This document shows, piece by piece, positions 35,627 through 49,060 of a stretch of 64,000 nt of DNA. The DNA lies in the NCBI GenBank assembly GCA_013265495.1, contig MU058103.1, positions 186,001-250,000 of the forward strand, read 5' to 3'. Numbering within the stretch: the stretch's first letter is position 1; the number at the start of each line of letters is the position of its first letter. A model generated the notes under the pieces. The model was not told where the DNA came from, ran no database searches, and was given only the letters and a program-made list of their open reading frames with translations. Source of the DNA: Vicugna vicugna (Eukaryota). A program made the translations under genes and the position numbers.

Positions 35627-37819
35627 CAAAGCTATATCTCAAACCAAATTCTGCACAAATCCAAATCTCATGAACAAATATAAATGAATTGAAATCTCTT
35701 GAAAAGCTCTGTTCTAGACACAATTGCACTTGATTAACTCTTCAGTCCAGTTTTCTAAGAGTCATATGTATCTCAGCTATGATGGGAAGGAATTAAGAGG
35801 GAGACTCAGGGAAAGATCTACTTGGATAATATGTCATACCATGAGTAAATTTTCTCTGGTAATGGCATAAAATAAAGATGGTTATGGAGGGGGTGACAGA
35901 GAAAGCACTTAGGAAGAGGGAAAGTCCTGGCAGATACTTAATGTCCACTGTACACCAGAAACTATGACAGGAACTTACCACGCTATTTCTCAGAACCTTC
36001 ATAGAGCACTCTGTGAATGGTATTGGTATCCTCTGACTTACATACATAGAGACATAGAGGCATGGAGGTTATACAGCCCTTCATGTTACATACCCAGGGA
36101 GAGACTGAGCCTGAATTTGAATTCACATTTGCCTGACATAAACTTTCAGGTGTAACATGATGATGTTGTTTAAAGAGAAGACAGATATGCAAAAGGAATG
36201 TCAGAGAATAGAGAGAACATGGGAACAACAGGGAAAGGAGAGAGAGGACATACTGTGTTCAATTTTTTTCCTTTGGTTTTGGTAACTTTCCAGCTTTGTG
36301 GAAGAACATAGAGGACAAAGATGACATTTGCTAAGGAAAAATAGAAATATTGTGGGTAAAAACTTCAAACTCTAAAAACGATTTTATAGGCTAAGATTTG
36401 AGACAAATTTTTAACTAAAATATATTCTGTAGGCATAGAAGCAACATAAAGTGAAGTACTTCCGTTTAAAAAAAACAAAACAAAAAACTAATACAAATTA
36501 GAGAAAGTTGAGTAAGGAGCATGGAGTCCTGGATTAAGAGCAATCAGCATGAAAAATAGTTAAGGGTTCAGTTGACTAAGTGTACCTAAGTAGACTTAAA
36601 AAGTAACTGTGGGTTTTGTGACTTAAGAGAATCATAGGGTACTATTGATGGTAGACATCATCTCTTTGAGGTAGAAGTCTTGTCTCTCTTATTTGCCACC
36701 ATATTCACCAGGAGACAGACCCCTCCCAGAAAGATAGTGTCCAAAAAATTTTTGTTAAGTGAATGAGTGAATTAATAAATGACATTTAAATCTGATCATG
36801 TGACTTATTGATCTCATGGAATTTTCTTTACACTTTTAAGGATCTAAGCCAAGAGAGACAAAATTTCTTCACATAGGTTACAAATACTTATTGAGCCTCC
36901 ATAATATATGAGGTACTCTGCTAGATACTGGAGATAAAATAATGGCCAAGACATGGTCTGTTCCTTATGGAGCCAATATGCTGAGATGGATGTATAGATG
37001 GAAAAATGTCTCTAACTTCTGCTATAGTTGAAAGCATTGAAGGGAGGTCTTTGAGCTATAGAGAAGTACATGTTAGGATATGTGGGTACAGAAAATAAAT
37101 ATCTTGAGTTATCTGAAATGAGCCCATGTGGGTGAGAAACATCTAATCACTCTTGGGAGCTCCAAAACTCATAACTAGGTATGATGGATAGAAGTTACAG
37201 TAAGGCAACATTCTACCTAATATGAATGGAAAACCTTTTAAATAATTTTTCCTCCCCAAAATGGAAGTTTCTTGCTTCAAAAGTGATGAGTTTCTTTTCA
37301 CAAATGAATTTCGGAAAGGTAAATATCATTAACAATCATGTAGTTGTTATAAAACTAAATTGTAAAAGTGTGTTGGACACTAATTTGAGTATTTGTGAAA
37401 ATTTTAGTCATTAGTCTTAATCATTATGGTAAGGGAGACAGAGAAAGAAAGTTGGTGGTAGAACAGAAAGAAGCTTGCCATTTAGATCTCTGAAAGAGAG
37501 AGAGAAATTCACCTTGTTGGCATCTCAATTCTTATCTGTTTGCTCAAATTTGGAACAGGAGTATTGATGTCATTTTACGTCAGTCAGAGTAGAGATTTGT
37601 TCTAAATTCTACATAGTTCCTTTTAAGGGTTGCATCGGCATAGCTTGCCTGAGTGGAACAAAGCTGCCTTTAGCATTGCCTTCCATTGCAGAGAGATTTA
37701 GGAAATCTTCCATGAAATATGAAGACTTCCTTTTGTTGACATTGAGCTACATACATCTCTAAAGTTTATATAAAAGTATTGCTTCACTTGAATCATATGG
37801 ATTTTCTCTGCCTCTAGAA

Positions 37820-37960
37820 AGGATTGCCAAATTTAGCAAATAAAAAAAACAGTATGCCCAGTTCAATTTGAATGCAATATCCTTTCACTAAACAATTACT
37901 CTTTGTTTATCTGCCATTCAAATTTGACTGAATATCTAATTTATATTTCCTCTGTCAGCC
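37820..37960. mobile_element. MER53 MITE with central deletion
   Basis: ggattgccaaatttagcaaataaaaaaaacagtatgcccagttcaatttgaat...tgtttatctgccattcaaatttgactg. Confidence 0.8.
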
Positions 37961-38479
37961 TCATGCTAGGGCAATATTACATAGTGGGGCAGGAAGCAAC
38001 AATTATTACAAGTTGGCTGGAAAATATGAAAATGTATTTATGTGAAATATAGGTACTTTCACTGTCTCGGAATTTTTCTAGTTGTCAGAAATACAAATTT
38101 AAAATAATCTTTTCCCTTATGGATTTCAGAGCCTAGTAGATGACAAACAGGTAAATCAAAACCAAAGCGTAATATCTATCACAGGTTATACAAGAGAGAC
38201 CTAAATAGGGGAGGGTGCAGGTAACCAAGGAGGGAGAGCCTGGGTCTGACCTGGCAGGAGGTGAGGAGGATGCAGAAGAAGTTTTGTATCAAAGACAAAG
38301 TTTAAGTGGAATCTTGAAAGATAAAATCGACTTCACTGGGAAGATAAGTTCTACTGCAATAATTATTGGATGTGATTTTTCCATCAACACATACATTATG
38401 TCATAACTCTGCAAAATGTAGCAGTAAATAAAAAGTAAATAAAAAAAAACTGGATATTGTGAGCCAGGGTCCTTTGTTT

Positions 38480-38950
38480 TTAAGCATATGAAATGCATGC
38501 TTTGAAATCTGCATTATTTCTGTAGCAAAAGTAAAGAATTAATTAGATGTTTAGGACTCCAAGCAGAATCCAGATAGTATCTTTAAAATGAAAAACCCAA
38601 CTCCTACCGAGGGAGGCAATAATATATTAATTAACATTTTGAATCAGCTTGCTGTTGCCTATTTATTGGTCTTCTCATAAAATATTTCATTTAAATTTAT
38701 TGGGATGGATTCCCCTTGTAGCATGCAACATGCTATTAAAAACAGTGCCAGTGAATAAAATAATTCACTCAAAAACATGGCCACCAGCTGAGCCTGAGGC
38801 TTGATGGATTAATTGTCTGAAGAGCGGTGGTGGCCATAACAAGATGCCTTTATTTAAAGCTCTTAAAACCCTGTGCAAAAAGCACAAAGGAAACTCATTT
38901 GCATATTATCAGCTTTGTTTGGAAAGTAGACTGTATGATGAATTAAAAAG
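38480..38950. promoter_or_regulatory. Candidate developmental enhancer (motif cluster in repeat-free DNA)
   Basis: CAGCTG 38785, GCCTGAGGC 38792, TGATGGAT 38802, TAATTG 38810, CACAAAG 38883, ATTTGCAT 38897. Confidence 0.45.
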
Positions 38951-39019
38951 AAAGATAATGCAGTGTATTAGTAGCTGATCAAAGGATCATAGAATGGGAC
39001 TTGAAGGAAGATGGCAAAG

Positions 39020-39250
39020 GAGAAACTAACAATTGTGAAGAGCCCACTGCGTGCTGGGTTGTTTATATGTATTATCGGAACTCAAATGTAGCACTGTAGG
39101 TAAAGTATAATTGTATACATCTCTATATTTAATAGTTGAGGTAATAGGTTCTGAGATGTTAAGCAACTAGAGGAAGAACACATAGCTAAGAGGTAGAGCT
39201 GAGCTGTGACTTGCTTCTTTAGCATCGAAATCCGAACATTTGTACTCTAC
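39020..39250 (-). mobile_element. MIR SINE relic
   Basis: gagcccactgcgtgctggg...gttctgagatgttaagcaact...catagctaagaggtagagctg. Confidence 0.7.
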
Positions 39251-39882
39251 CAAGTTGTGGAAGGCATATTTATGGTCAGTACAACTAATGATGATGGTGA
39301 TGATGACTGTCATTTTCTAGTGATTTGAATTACTGGAACATAAAACAGACTGCCCCCAAAAGTGGCGAGGTGGAGTGTTTTGCCCCTACAATTTCCAAAG
39401 CCAAGCCTGGTCACCATAGATAAGAAAGTAAATTTCTGTATTGAGACCAAGTTTGTGCAAAGAAAAAACAAAAATCCCATCTGGTCTAATTCTATCCTTC
39501 ATCATATCATTCCATGTGGCTTACTCTCTACTGAGATTATTTCCTAATGTTTAAAAATACCCCAAATTTTCAAGAGTTTTGATTTTTTTTTTTTTGGTGC
39601 TATATTTCTTAGAATACCTTCCTACTTTGTGAATTACTTTTGCCTCAAGGCACAATCACTGTTTTTTTCCTCCCTCCTAACTACTCTTCATTCAGGTAGA
39701 TTCAAGTTTCTCGTTTCTTCACTCCCATTGTATTCTGGTCATATTTCTATTTTAGTTCTTACTATAATTTATTAGAGATAGTACATGTATTTTCACATCC
39801 AGATTGTAAGCATCAAGCTCCTTCGGAATGAAGAGGGGAAAAAGCACTAGTCAGAAATGAAATGAAAGTGTTCATGGCCTAT

Positions 39883-39885
<3 letters not shown>

Positions 39886-39929
<44 letters not shown>
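39886..39929. repeat. (GA)n microsatellite
   Basis: Uninterrupted GA dinucleotide run. Confidence 0.98.
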
Positions 39930-39933
<4 letters not shown>

Positions 39934-40789
39934 TAAAAAAAAAGGTTTGCCAGGATTGCTTCATAGATTCCAAGGAGGTGAACTCCCCCCACCCACTAGA
40001 GCTAGTGTCACCATTCACTTTTCTAGAATATATTCCCTCCTCATGTCTAGCCATATTCCTTAAACATGCTTTCTTTATTCCTATCTGGAATTTTGCTTAT
40101 GTTCTTCCACTTCTCAGAATAATCTACATTGGATTTGGCAAATAGGTTCACATAGGATATTAAAATGAGTGGTCAAACTGCCTGAGTGCTATTATATTAA
40201 GAAGAATGTTGACTCCGTATATGCAGAACACACCATGATGTATCCAAAAGCATCTGCATGGGTAAAGAAAAGACAGGGTGGCAACATTCACTTCCCTGTT
40301 GGTAATCTCCATGTTGCATCCTGCATTTTCTTCACTCGGAGATCTCCTGCTAAATCTTTCCCTGCACTAAAAAAGACCTAAGTTTTGTTTTCCTTCTCTG
40401 AATCCTAGTATATTTAGTCTGTACACCACAGGATAGCTCACTTAGAGATAATTTTGTGTCTGTCTGTGTCTTTATTCCTCAGTTGACTGGACTCTTGGGG
40501 CAAAGTGGGGCAAAGTATAAAACTGAGTTCACTTTCTGTCCTTCATTCCTATGGCATACTCTTGATCACATAGTGGTTTCAAAATACAGCATTTTGTTTG
40601 AATTAATTCCAAGATTTTGATTGTTTCTTGGACTGTACTTCCCTGGCTACATTCTTCTAAAGGACTATTTGTAAGTCAAATCTCCACTCTATTCCTAAAC
40701 ATTTCCAGGAAATGTGAACTTCTAAAGATGTATGGATAAGAACCAACTCTGAACATAATTCAATACAGGAAAAAAATGTTTGAGCACAT

Positions 40790-41270
40790 ACTGAGTTTGC
40801 TTTTGAGTTAAAGGATAACAGTGGCTTAAGCCAAACAAAAATACCCATTTATTCTTTCACAGTGTAAAATACTTTGTATGTGCTATCCAGATGATATAGC
40901 AGCTCTACTCCAGGAAGACCTTACAGCACCATCTAGCTCAGTACCTACCCTAGGATGGTCTCATGGGCTAAAATGACAGCTCAGTCTTCAGCTATCACGT
41001 TCATATTCCAGATAGCAAGATTAAGGAAGGGGTAAAAAGCAAGGGGTAAAAGGTACTTAAAAGTCTTTTAAAGGATTTTCTGGGAACTATGACAGGACAG
41101 TTCTACTAACCTACTAGACAGAACTCAGCTACACGGCCTTTCTTTATAATGGAGGTTAGGAAGTGTAGTATTAGTCTGGCTACACTTCTACCCTGTTAAA
41201 AATTAGTTTTCTATTACTGTGAAAGAAAAAGAGAATGGATATTCAAGGACAGTTAACAGGTTTTGCCATA
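40790..41270 (-). mobile_element. MLT1J/K-like MaLR solo LTR
   Basis: taacagtggcttaa...tcacgttcatattccagatagcaaga...ggaagtgtagt...ttctattactgtgaaagaaaaagagaatggatatt...tgccata. Confidence 0.75.
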
Positions 41271-42084
41271 GTGACTGTTCTTTAGTTTTGTTTTTTGAGC
41301 TTTATAGAGATAAAACACATCACGACTTTGTCCTGGAAAAAATTGTAGTCTCCTAGGAAAACTTCAGTCACTAAACTTTTATTGATGGTCAAGGCTAGAG
41401 AACCGGGAATAACAAATTCTGGACCATTAGAATAATAAAACAGTATAGAGTAGGGGATAAACAGCAAGCAGACGATTACAATGTTGTATAGACTGTATAA
41501 TAGGACTCTGTACCAACTGTAGAGGCCATTCAGTAGCAGCTTTTGGTGGAGAATTGGGAAAGGCAAAAGGGAAACTGTTTTACTGTAAATGGACATATGC
41601 AGTTTAGCTGCACTAAAAAAACTAAATATAAGGAGGACTTGAAGATTCAAAAGAAGAAATCACCTTAAGATTATGGAGAGAAAAAGGTTTATTGTAGTAG
41701 ATAGCCTTTGAGATGAACATTAAAAATGGGAAAGATATTTAAAGCTATATATGGGATTGGCTTGGAGGCTAAGGTCAATTTATGGGCAAGGCAGAGGAAT
41801 TGATAAAGCAAACAGGCAGTATTCTGAGAAAAAAAATACCAGCTTCATCTGAGTTGAAGCAATTTCTCTATCACTAAGAACTCTTTGGGTTGCCAGCAAT
41901 GGAAATTCAGTCTGAGTTGGTTTAGGCATAAAGAAACTCATATAAATAGTGTAAACAAACCTGTTTGTTAATTCACTCCAGACACATGGACTGAGCATTC
42001 ACTACGTGTAGAGTAATAGTGCTAGGATCTAGGGTCATGGGCAGCAACTGAGATAAATATAATTCCAGGACTCTCAGAGCTAAA

Positions 42085-42235
42085 TTCAAATTTAATCTTT
42101 ACAATGACCTCATGAGAAATAATTAATGATTAGTAACCCTGTTTTAAAGATGAGAAAACTGAGAGTTAGAGAGTTTGCGTATCTTACCAGAGAATAAACA
42201 GCCAGTAAATGGCAGAATCCAGACATGAACGCACC
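42085..42235 (-). mobile_element. MIR SINE relic
   Basis: tttaatctttacaatgacctcatgaga...ttttaaagatgagaaaactgagagttagagagtt...cagtaaatggcagaatc. Confidence 0.8.
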
Positions 42236-42894
42236 CAATACTAGAGACAGACATTCTGTAAGCTTGGCCTTACGTCAGGTGCAGGTGGTCTGTCTTTTTG
42301 CATAAAAGGGATCTTTGGTTTCTTCAGAAGTTTCTATGGAGCCAGTCCATGAATTCAGAGTACTTTTGATTCAGATCTTAGACTATCTCCTGCAAATTCC
42401 AGTGGAGGATATGTAATAAATATACAGCAAAAATTGTGAGCTGAAACAAGAGTAAAAAAATAACAGGAATAAGATGATAGTGTGTGCTCAGCACTGAACT
42501 GTAGCTTTGTCATAGAATCCTTCATAGTATTCTCAAAATATTGTCAGCTTAAGTTTTGCTATCCCTTAGTGAGTTAAAAAAATGTATATCATCTATCCAT
42601 CTCAAGTCTGTTTACCATACTACATTCCCTGGTTTGGTGAATAGAAGTTAAGATGTGAGTTCAAGGTAAGTTGATTGAAAAGCACATCTTAATTTTTTTG
42701 TAAGTTTAGTATTTGAGCACCACACTACGAGTGAGCTGAGAAAGACATTCCAATTTCTCTGTATGTGAGGGTGTTCAAAGGGGATTGTTTGAAGTCATTG
42801 TCAGAATTCCTTGTAATATTTATCAGTTGCTTTCCTGACAATTTGCCTCTGATAATAATGAAGCTAAAACATATCCAAGATTGTTATTGGTATA

Positions 42895-43170
42895 GCGGTG
42901 CATTCATTTATCTAGCAAATTCTGAGCTCCTGTGCTTGGTTATTGGCTAGGTTCTGGGAATACAAAGATAAAAATGAATGTAGTGCATTCCCTAAAAAAT
43001 TAATGTTCTGATGGAGGACGGAAAAGTCATAGAATGTCGATACTTCATGTTTAGGGTGGTGACGAAGGTATGACGGGGGTGCAGAGGAGGGCACCTGTAT
43101 CAGCCTGGAAGTGGGTCCCTGGCCATGGGTTGGGGTCAGAGGCCACCCTGAGCAGGGAGTCATAAGAGGG
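42895..43170 (-). mobile_element. L2 3'-end relic
   Basis: cattcatttatctagcaaattctgagctcctgtgc...gctaggttctgggaatacaaagataaaa. Confidence 0.7.
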
Positions 43171-44164
43171 AATCTTTCAAGGAAAGTACCAGGAAAATCA
43201 TGTCTTCCTCCAGGGTTCTGGCAGTAAACAGTCTATGACCTGAAACATAAGATTTTTATTACAGTTATCTTTAAAAGCACGCTTGTCCAAATGTGGTTTG
43301 TGGAAGAAAATTGCCAAGCTCTTGTCCTGGATTCAGGATGCATCTGAGGGTGTGAATCATCCGCAAATCACACATGGTGTAGGGCCACATTTCCATTTAT
43401 TTACTTGACATTTTACTTCCAAAGGGAGGAACAAGCTAGTTTTTCCTCATCTTCTTGGAAATAGGAAATGTGTCAGCCAATTATCTCCCTCAGCCCTTCA
43501 TCTGCACTAAAGACAAGACTAGCCCACAAATTCCCCCAGAGGAGTACCAGTATGTGCTCCGTATTTCATCCATTTTCTGTTTAATGTCCTCATTGAAGGG
43601 TAAAGTAATGTTCAATCGTCATGAAAACACATTAAATTCAAGTCCGATTTATTCCTACACAAACTATAAAGATACTGTTCACCATCTTTAGGATTAAGTT
43701 TCCTTTTTATCTTCTTTTTTTTTAATTTTTACCTTTTGAATTTTATTTTACTTTTATTTTTTATGAATCATGAATCCAGGGAGTTTTCTACAGCACTTAG
43801 GATAAATTGCCACTGTGGAACAAAACAGTTTCTTTGTAAAAATAGCTGTGTATTATTCATGTACCAGAAACTTCACTTCTACTTTATTACTAGATCCTCA
43901 CAAATACCCTCCGGGGAAAATTTTCTTCCCATTTTGCAGATGAGACAATTAAAAGTCATAAAAGTAGGTATATTTACCTAGAGTGCATGCAATAACAGAA
44001 CCATAGAGCTCAGGACTGGAAGACTCTAAAGCTCACATTTTTCTTCACTTTTCTTAGCTTTTCACTGGAATTTTACAATGTTCAGAAGTCAAATAACTGA
44101 AGAAACTCTACCAAGTTTCTTCTCTCTCTCCTGACTTCAAAACACAAATTCATATATATTGTAT

Positions 44165-44340
44165 TTTATAATTTGCAAGCACTTTTCATAGCCATTGACT
44201 CATTGAAATCTGCCTACAATATTATGAGGTAAGTGCTATTACTGGCACCATTTTTATAGATAAAGAAACCGAGGCTCGGATGAAAATGAATTCTTTCCCA
44301 AAAATGTTAAACTCAGTAAGTGACAGATCTGGCAGTTGAG
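44165..44340 (-). mobile_element. MIR SINE relic
   Basis: tatgaggtaagtgctattact...ccatttttatagataaagaaaccgaggctc. Confidence 0.8.
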
Positions 44341-45534
44341 AGAAAATTAAGACTACAAACTCCATATTCATCTATTTCACTCTGGCGGCTCATTGTAAAG
44401 GTAGATTCTAGTGAGTTCAGTAAGGCTGAGTGTCTCAGAAAGTGTTAAATCAAGCTTTCCATTGCGATGGGAAATGCTTGGAAAGCAGTGGTAGCAACAG
44501 GAATGGGTAGGGCTTCTCCCCGCCTTTCCTCCCCATTGTAAGTACGCACAGATTCTGAGTGCTCTGACTGCTTTCTGAGAAAGGAATTAGAAACCTTTCA
44601 AAGAGCAGCCGAGACATCTCAGAGCACTAAGATTTTCCATCTCAAACATGAACCACAGGTTTTCTCAGTTTGTTAAATAGTCATGTTTCAGAGGACGAAA
44701 GTTATTATAGAGACTTCTTTTGCAAATTGAACAATATTTCTAAAGTCCCAAATGACTCTGTAATTTGTGAATAAAATTATACTGATCTAATATGAATTAT
44801 CACTAACTAATGCATGTATTTTGGAATGATAAAGTTTATAATAAGGATAGCCTCTACGAGAGTAATTTAATTAAATACCAATTAATTAATATTACCAAAC
44901 TGGACTTTTTCATCTTCAGAGCTTTGTAGATATATGATGAGAAGAAATGCATTTAGGAACCAGGTGAAATGAAATCTTCCACATTTGCCATGATCATAAG
45001 CAAAGTCAATAATTTATTCTGCTTGAATGAATGCCACCCAGTTTTAGGAGGAGATAGCAAAACATTTAAATTTGACTCTTGCAAACATGTATTAAGCACC
45101 ATTATATTAATAATGGTGTGCTACACTGTAATTTCAGAAATAAATGCCTAATAATGCATTCCCTCCCCTTGCTTCAAGCAGCACAAAATATAGGAGAAAA
45201 TAAAAAGGCTCATAAACAAATACATTACATAATTGTATAACATCACAGATGCCTTTTCCAAGATATCAATAATGTCTATCTTTGAGTATCTAAATCCAGC
45301 TTAGAAATACTCTTGTTGATGAAATATTGAGGAATGGTCCTAGAATAAAGTGACTTAGAATAAAGTCAGATAGTTTTGGGTTCCAACGGTAAGTCAGGGA
45401 ATGAGTTACCTTCCTAAGATTGTTGTCTCTCTGGGAAGTAGTATCTTACAACTGACCTTGAGAGTTTGTGGCATGGATTTGAAATGTTTTATACTGTTGT
45501 TTTGCATTGCTGTTGTTTTTATTCCTCATTTTTA

Positions 45535-45579
<45 letters not shown>
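45535..45579. repeat. (ATT)n microsatellite
   Basis: Pure trinucleotide run; explains the poly-Ile stretch in ORF 45401-45649. Confidence 0.98.
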
Positions 45580-46906
45580 GCCTGACCAAAGATACATTTG
45601 CAGAAAGTGCCCAAAGCAACACTTTGTATCACCTCAGTTTGGGATGTAGTAATTGATGTTGTCCTTCCCAATCAATTACTGGAATTAGCATCACTTCAAT
45701 GATGAGAGATGCCATTATTTTTATATATCCATTTAGTAAGTATTTATTAACCATGTGATAGATATTACATATCCAATGGTGAGCAAAAGAGATCTATTTC
45801 CTGCTGTTAAGAAATTTATAATCTATTCATTAGATAATCCCACAAACACATGTCAAATTGCAAATGTGATCTCAAGGAACCATATATGGTGAATGAGAAC
45901 TTGTAGGAGACTTTGTGGTCAGCAAAATTGGGGTCCAGTGGAGCACCAGGGGCTATGCAGAAGGTGAAATCCATTATGGCATAAATGGATTTGCTTCTGA
46001 GTCTCACTAGCAATGCATCTCTATTCAACTTAATTTCCTAAGCAGATTGATGAAGCTAGGTTTATCTCACAATTAAGATACATGTTTCCTTAGAAAAATC
46101 ATACACTATAAATATTATAAAAATTTGAACAGAGAATTTGATAAAAATAGAACTTTGTAAATATGAATGTAAGTATGTGACTGTCTAACTACCACACTTC
46201 ATTGCCAGGTCATTCACAGGTTAGCATAAGAAGAAATGTGCTAAGATGGATGCTAGCTATTCACGAAACAATTATATGAAAATCTGATGGTATTGGCTTA
46301 CACAGTTGTTCATTTCTCACTGTTTTCCTGTTCACATTAGGAAAAAAGGCACTTCTACATCTAACCTTACTGTGTATGACCTACAGTGTCTCAGCTAACA
46401 ACTAAGCACCCACTATGGGATAGACATCATGAAAAGTTCAATAAAACTTAGACAAATAACAAATATATAGGTAAAATCATCTTCAGGGGACTCCCACTCA
46501 GTTAGAGACAGACTGGCAAGTAAATACAGGACATGGTGGTAAATATTTTAACAGAGTAAATGCAAGGTATGATGACAGCCAAAATGGGAGTGATAATCAG
46601 ATTTCCCTGGGGGGAGAGGGAAAGGAAGAGATAATATAGAACAAAAGGAGACACTCCTTCTGGGCTGCGGGGAGTAAATATGCATTTGTTTATTACACAA
46701 TTTTAGGCACTTCTATTCTAGAAAAAGAAAGAGTCTGTACAAAGGTACTGAAGTGCAGAATATCATAATTTATTTGGGGGAATAAAAGATTCGTAATTAC
46801 TGGAGCCAAAAAGTTTAGTATCAGATTAATAAGAATTAAGTGTGAGGAGAGGGAAGACAATGAGTCTGGATGATATTAAACAGAGGAACAGAAAAAAATT
46901 ATAATG

Positions 46907-46908
<2 letters not shown>

Positions 46909-46959
<51 letters not shown>

Positions 46960-47000
46960 ATACATTTATAATATATATCTATATATATATATAAACATAT
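46909..47000. repeat. (TA)n microsatellite with degenerate TA/TG flank
   Basis: About 21 pure TA units (46909-46950), then tgtgtg and tatata variants. Confidence 0.98.
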
Positions 47001-48093
47001 GTGTAGGTATACATTTAAAATATATTTCCATACTTTATGTTTCCTATACACACAATATGCTTGTATGTCTGAATATTCCTTAGAAAGTATCATAAATGTT
47101 ATTAATGTCGATCTGGGAGCAAAGAAATGAGGATTTCTGGACTTAGTTTTTCCATTATTCTCTGTATTATTATTTTTAGAAAACTAAATGAGTTAGTAGA
47201 CAAAGAGAGAAACTTTGGTAAGTGTAACATTTAATGGATACACAATTACCTTATGTGGACTGTGCTCCTTTCATTGGGACCTGAGAAATACAGTTGTAAA
47301 TGGTTTCAAAGTCTGCTTCAAGCTCCTGAACTCCTTTGGAAGAGGACTGAGAGAAGGCTAAGTGGGACTTGTGCTGCAGTTCTGGGGGTCAAAGGGGACC
47401 TCTGTTCTTTAGACATTTTTGAGAAAATATATGATCTCATGGAGGGGATGAAGGATCCCCCATATTAAAGCTTACAGAAGAAGGCAGAGCATGGTGGCTC
47501 AGAACATAGACTTTGGCATCAGACAGACTTAGCTGTGTAGCACAGTCCCAAAGATGAATTTTGGTCTTTTTGCCTGGGCTCAGCATCCATGTCCTCAGTC
47601 CTTGTGGATGCATTTAAAGGGGCTGAAATGGGAACAGACAAGTTTTATCTGAAAATATTTGAGCTTCTCTAAAATAGAGGAGTTTGAGCTCTGGAGTGGC
47701 TTGTTAGCCATGTAAGTCTTCTGATCTTGAGGCATTTCCACAGTCACTTTCTTGGCAAGTGTGCCCAGCGTGACTTCCTCTTCTTTGCCAGTTTCTGACA
47801 CTGATTTTTCTGAAACTCCCTTCTTTCATCATTGGCAATTTCAGTAATATGAGTGGAGGGAAAGGAGGACACATCTGTGATCCTTAAACTATACAGCTTA
47901 TGTTGTATAAAGTTTTAGTCAGCAGTGTCACATCTTGGTGAGGAATCGTGCCATCTAGAAGCCCTGGAATAGATTCTCAGTTGAAATAAATTCTACACCC
48001 TGGGGTAATTATATGAGACAATTGGAACCATAGGAATCTGGAACAAAAGTGATCACATTGACTTCTAGTTATTGAACATATTATATATGCTAG

Positions 48094-48595
48094 TGTCAAA
48101 AAAATGCACAACCTAAAAGTTGAAAGTTATGTTTTATTGGTCAGACTTTCTGAGGACCAAAGCCTGGGAGGCAGCTTCTCAGATTGCTCTGAGGGACTGC
48201 TCCAAAGAGGCAGGGAGGAGCCAGGCTCTATAGGAGTTTTCACAACAAAGACCAGGTAATTTGAACATTAAAAGATTACTGTTAATTAAAGAAAGCCAGA
48301 TATCTCAAGTGAAGGAATTTAGCACTTTTCCAGGTATGGGAAGATGCTAATGTCGGGGCTCATTGAAATCATTCCTTTGATATGCACTTTATCCATTAGG
48401 GCCAGTCTCCTGTTCTTTCCCATCCTGAGTTCCCTCAGGGTGCACTATTTCTGGTGGCAGCAGAGGACAGGCTGCCTGCTTGTGTCCATCCTGAGTTCCC
48501 TCCACTCAGTTGGGGAACAGTGGTAGTGGCTGATGACTTGATGACCATAGCATTCCTTTGTTTACTGATACGGCAGGCAACATTTTTCATTCACA
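48094..48595 (-). mobile_element. ERV1-class solo LTR (family uncertain) inserted in a MIR
   Basis: TG...CA ends with perfect 4-bp TSD ctag/ctag (48090-48093, 48596-48599). Minus-strand AATAAA at 48133-48138. Internal 17-bp direct repeat ccatcctgagttccctc (48420, 48486). Confidence 0.88.
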
Positions 48596-48819
48596 CTAGG
48601 AATATAACTTGTAAAATGCCTGATTCCCTTAGCAATGAAGCGCAGCAGGCATTAACTACTCCTTATAGTAACAAGAACAAAATCGAGAGTGCAAGTTCAC
48701 CATTGGCTCCAAAGTTACACAGCTGGCCGATAGCAGAGCTCAGATAAGAATGACAGTCTGTTTTAATTTTAGCAATGGGCATGCTAACATTAATTCTAAT
48801 ATAATAGTAAGGAAAAGAA

Positions 48820-49060
48820 AATACTTATTGAAAACTTTCTTTTAATTTAGATATTGTACTAGTCCTCTACATGAATTGTCTCTTTTACAAAAATTACTCT
48901 AAGATACAAAGTATTATTATCATCCTCATTTTAAAAATGAGAAAGTGAAGCCCGAAGGGGTTAGATTACATAACCAAGCTCTCAGAAGCAGTAAATAACT
49001 GAGGGCACATTTAAATCCAGTCTGATTCCATAGTTCCCATCCTTAATCAAAAAGCCATAC
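48820..49060 (-). mobile_element. MIR SINE relic
   Basis: tattattatcatcctcattttaaaaatgagaaagtgaagccc...atttaaatccagtctgattcca. Confidence 0.8.

Noticed and set aside
38719..38735. tagcatgcaacatgcta as a p53/p63 response element
   Set aside because: The CATG cores are 7 bp apart, not the 10 bp needed for two adjacent decamer half-sites.
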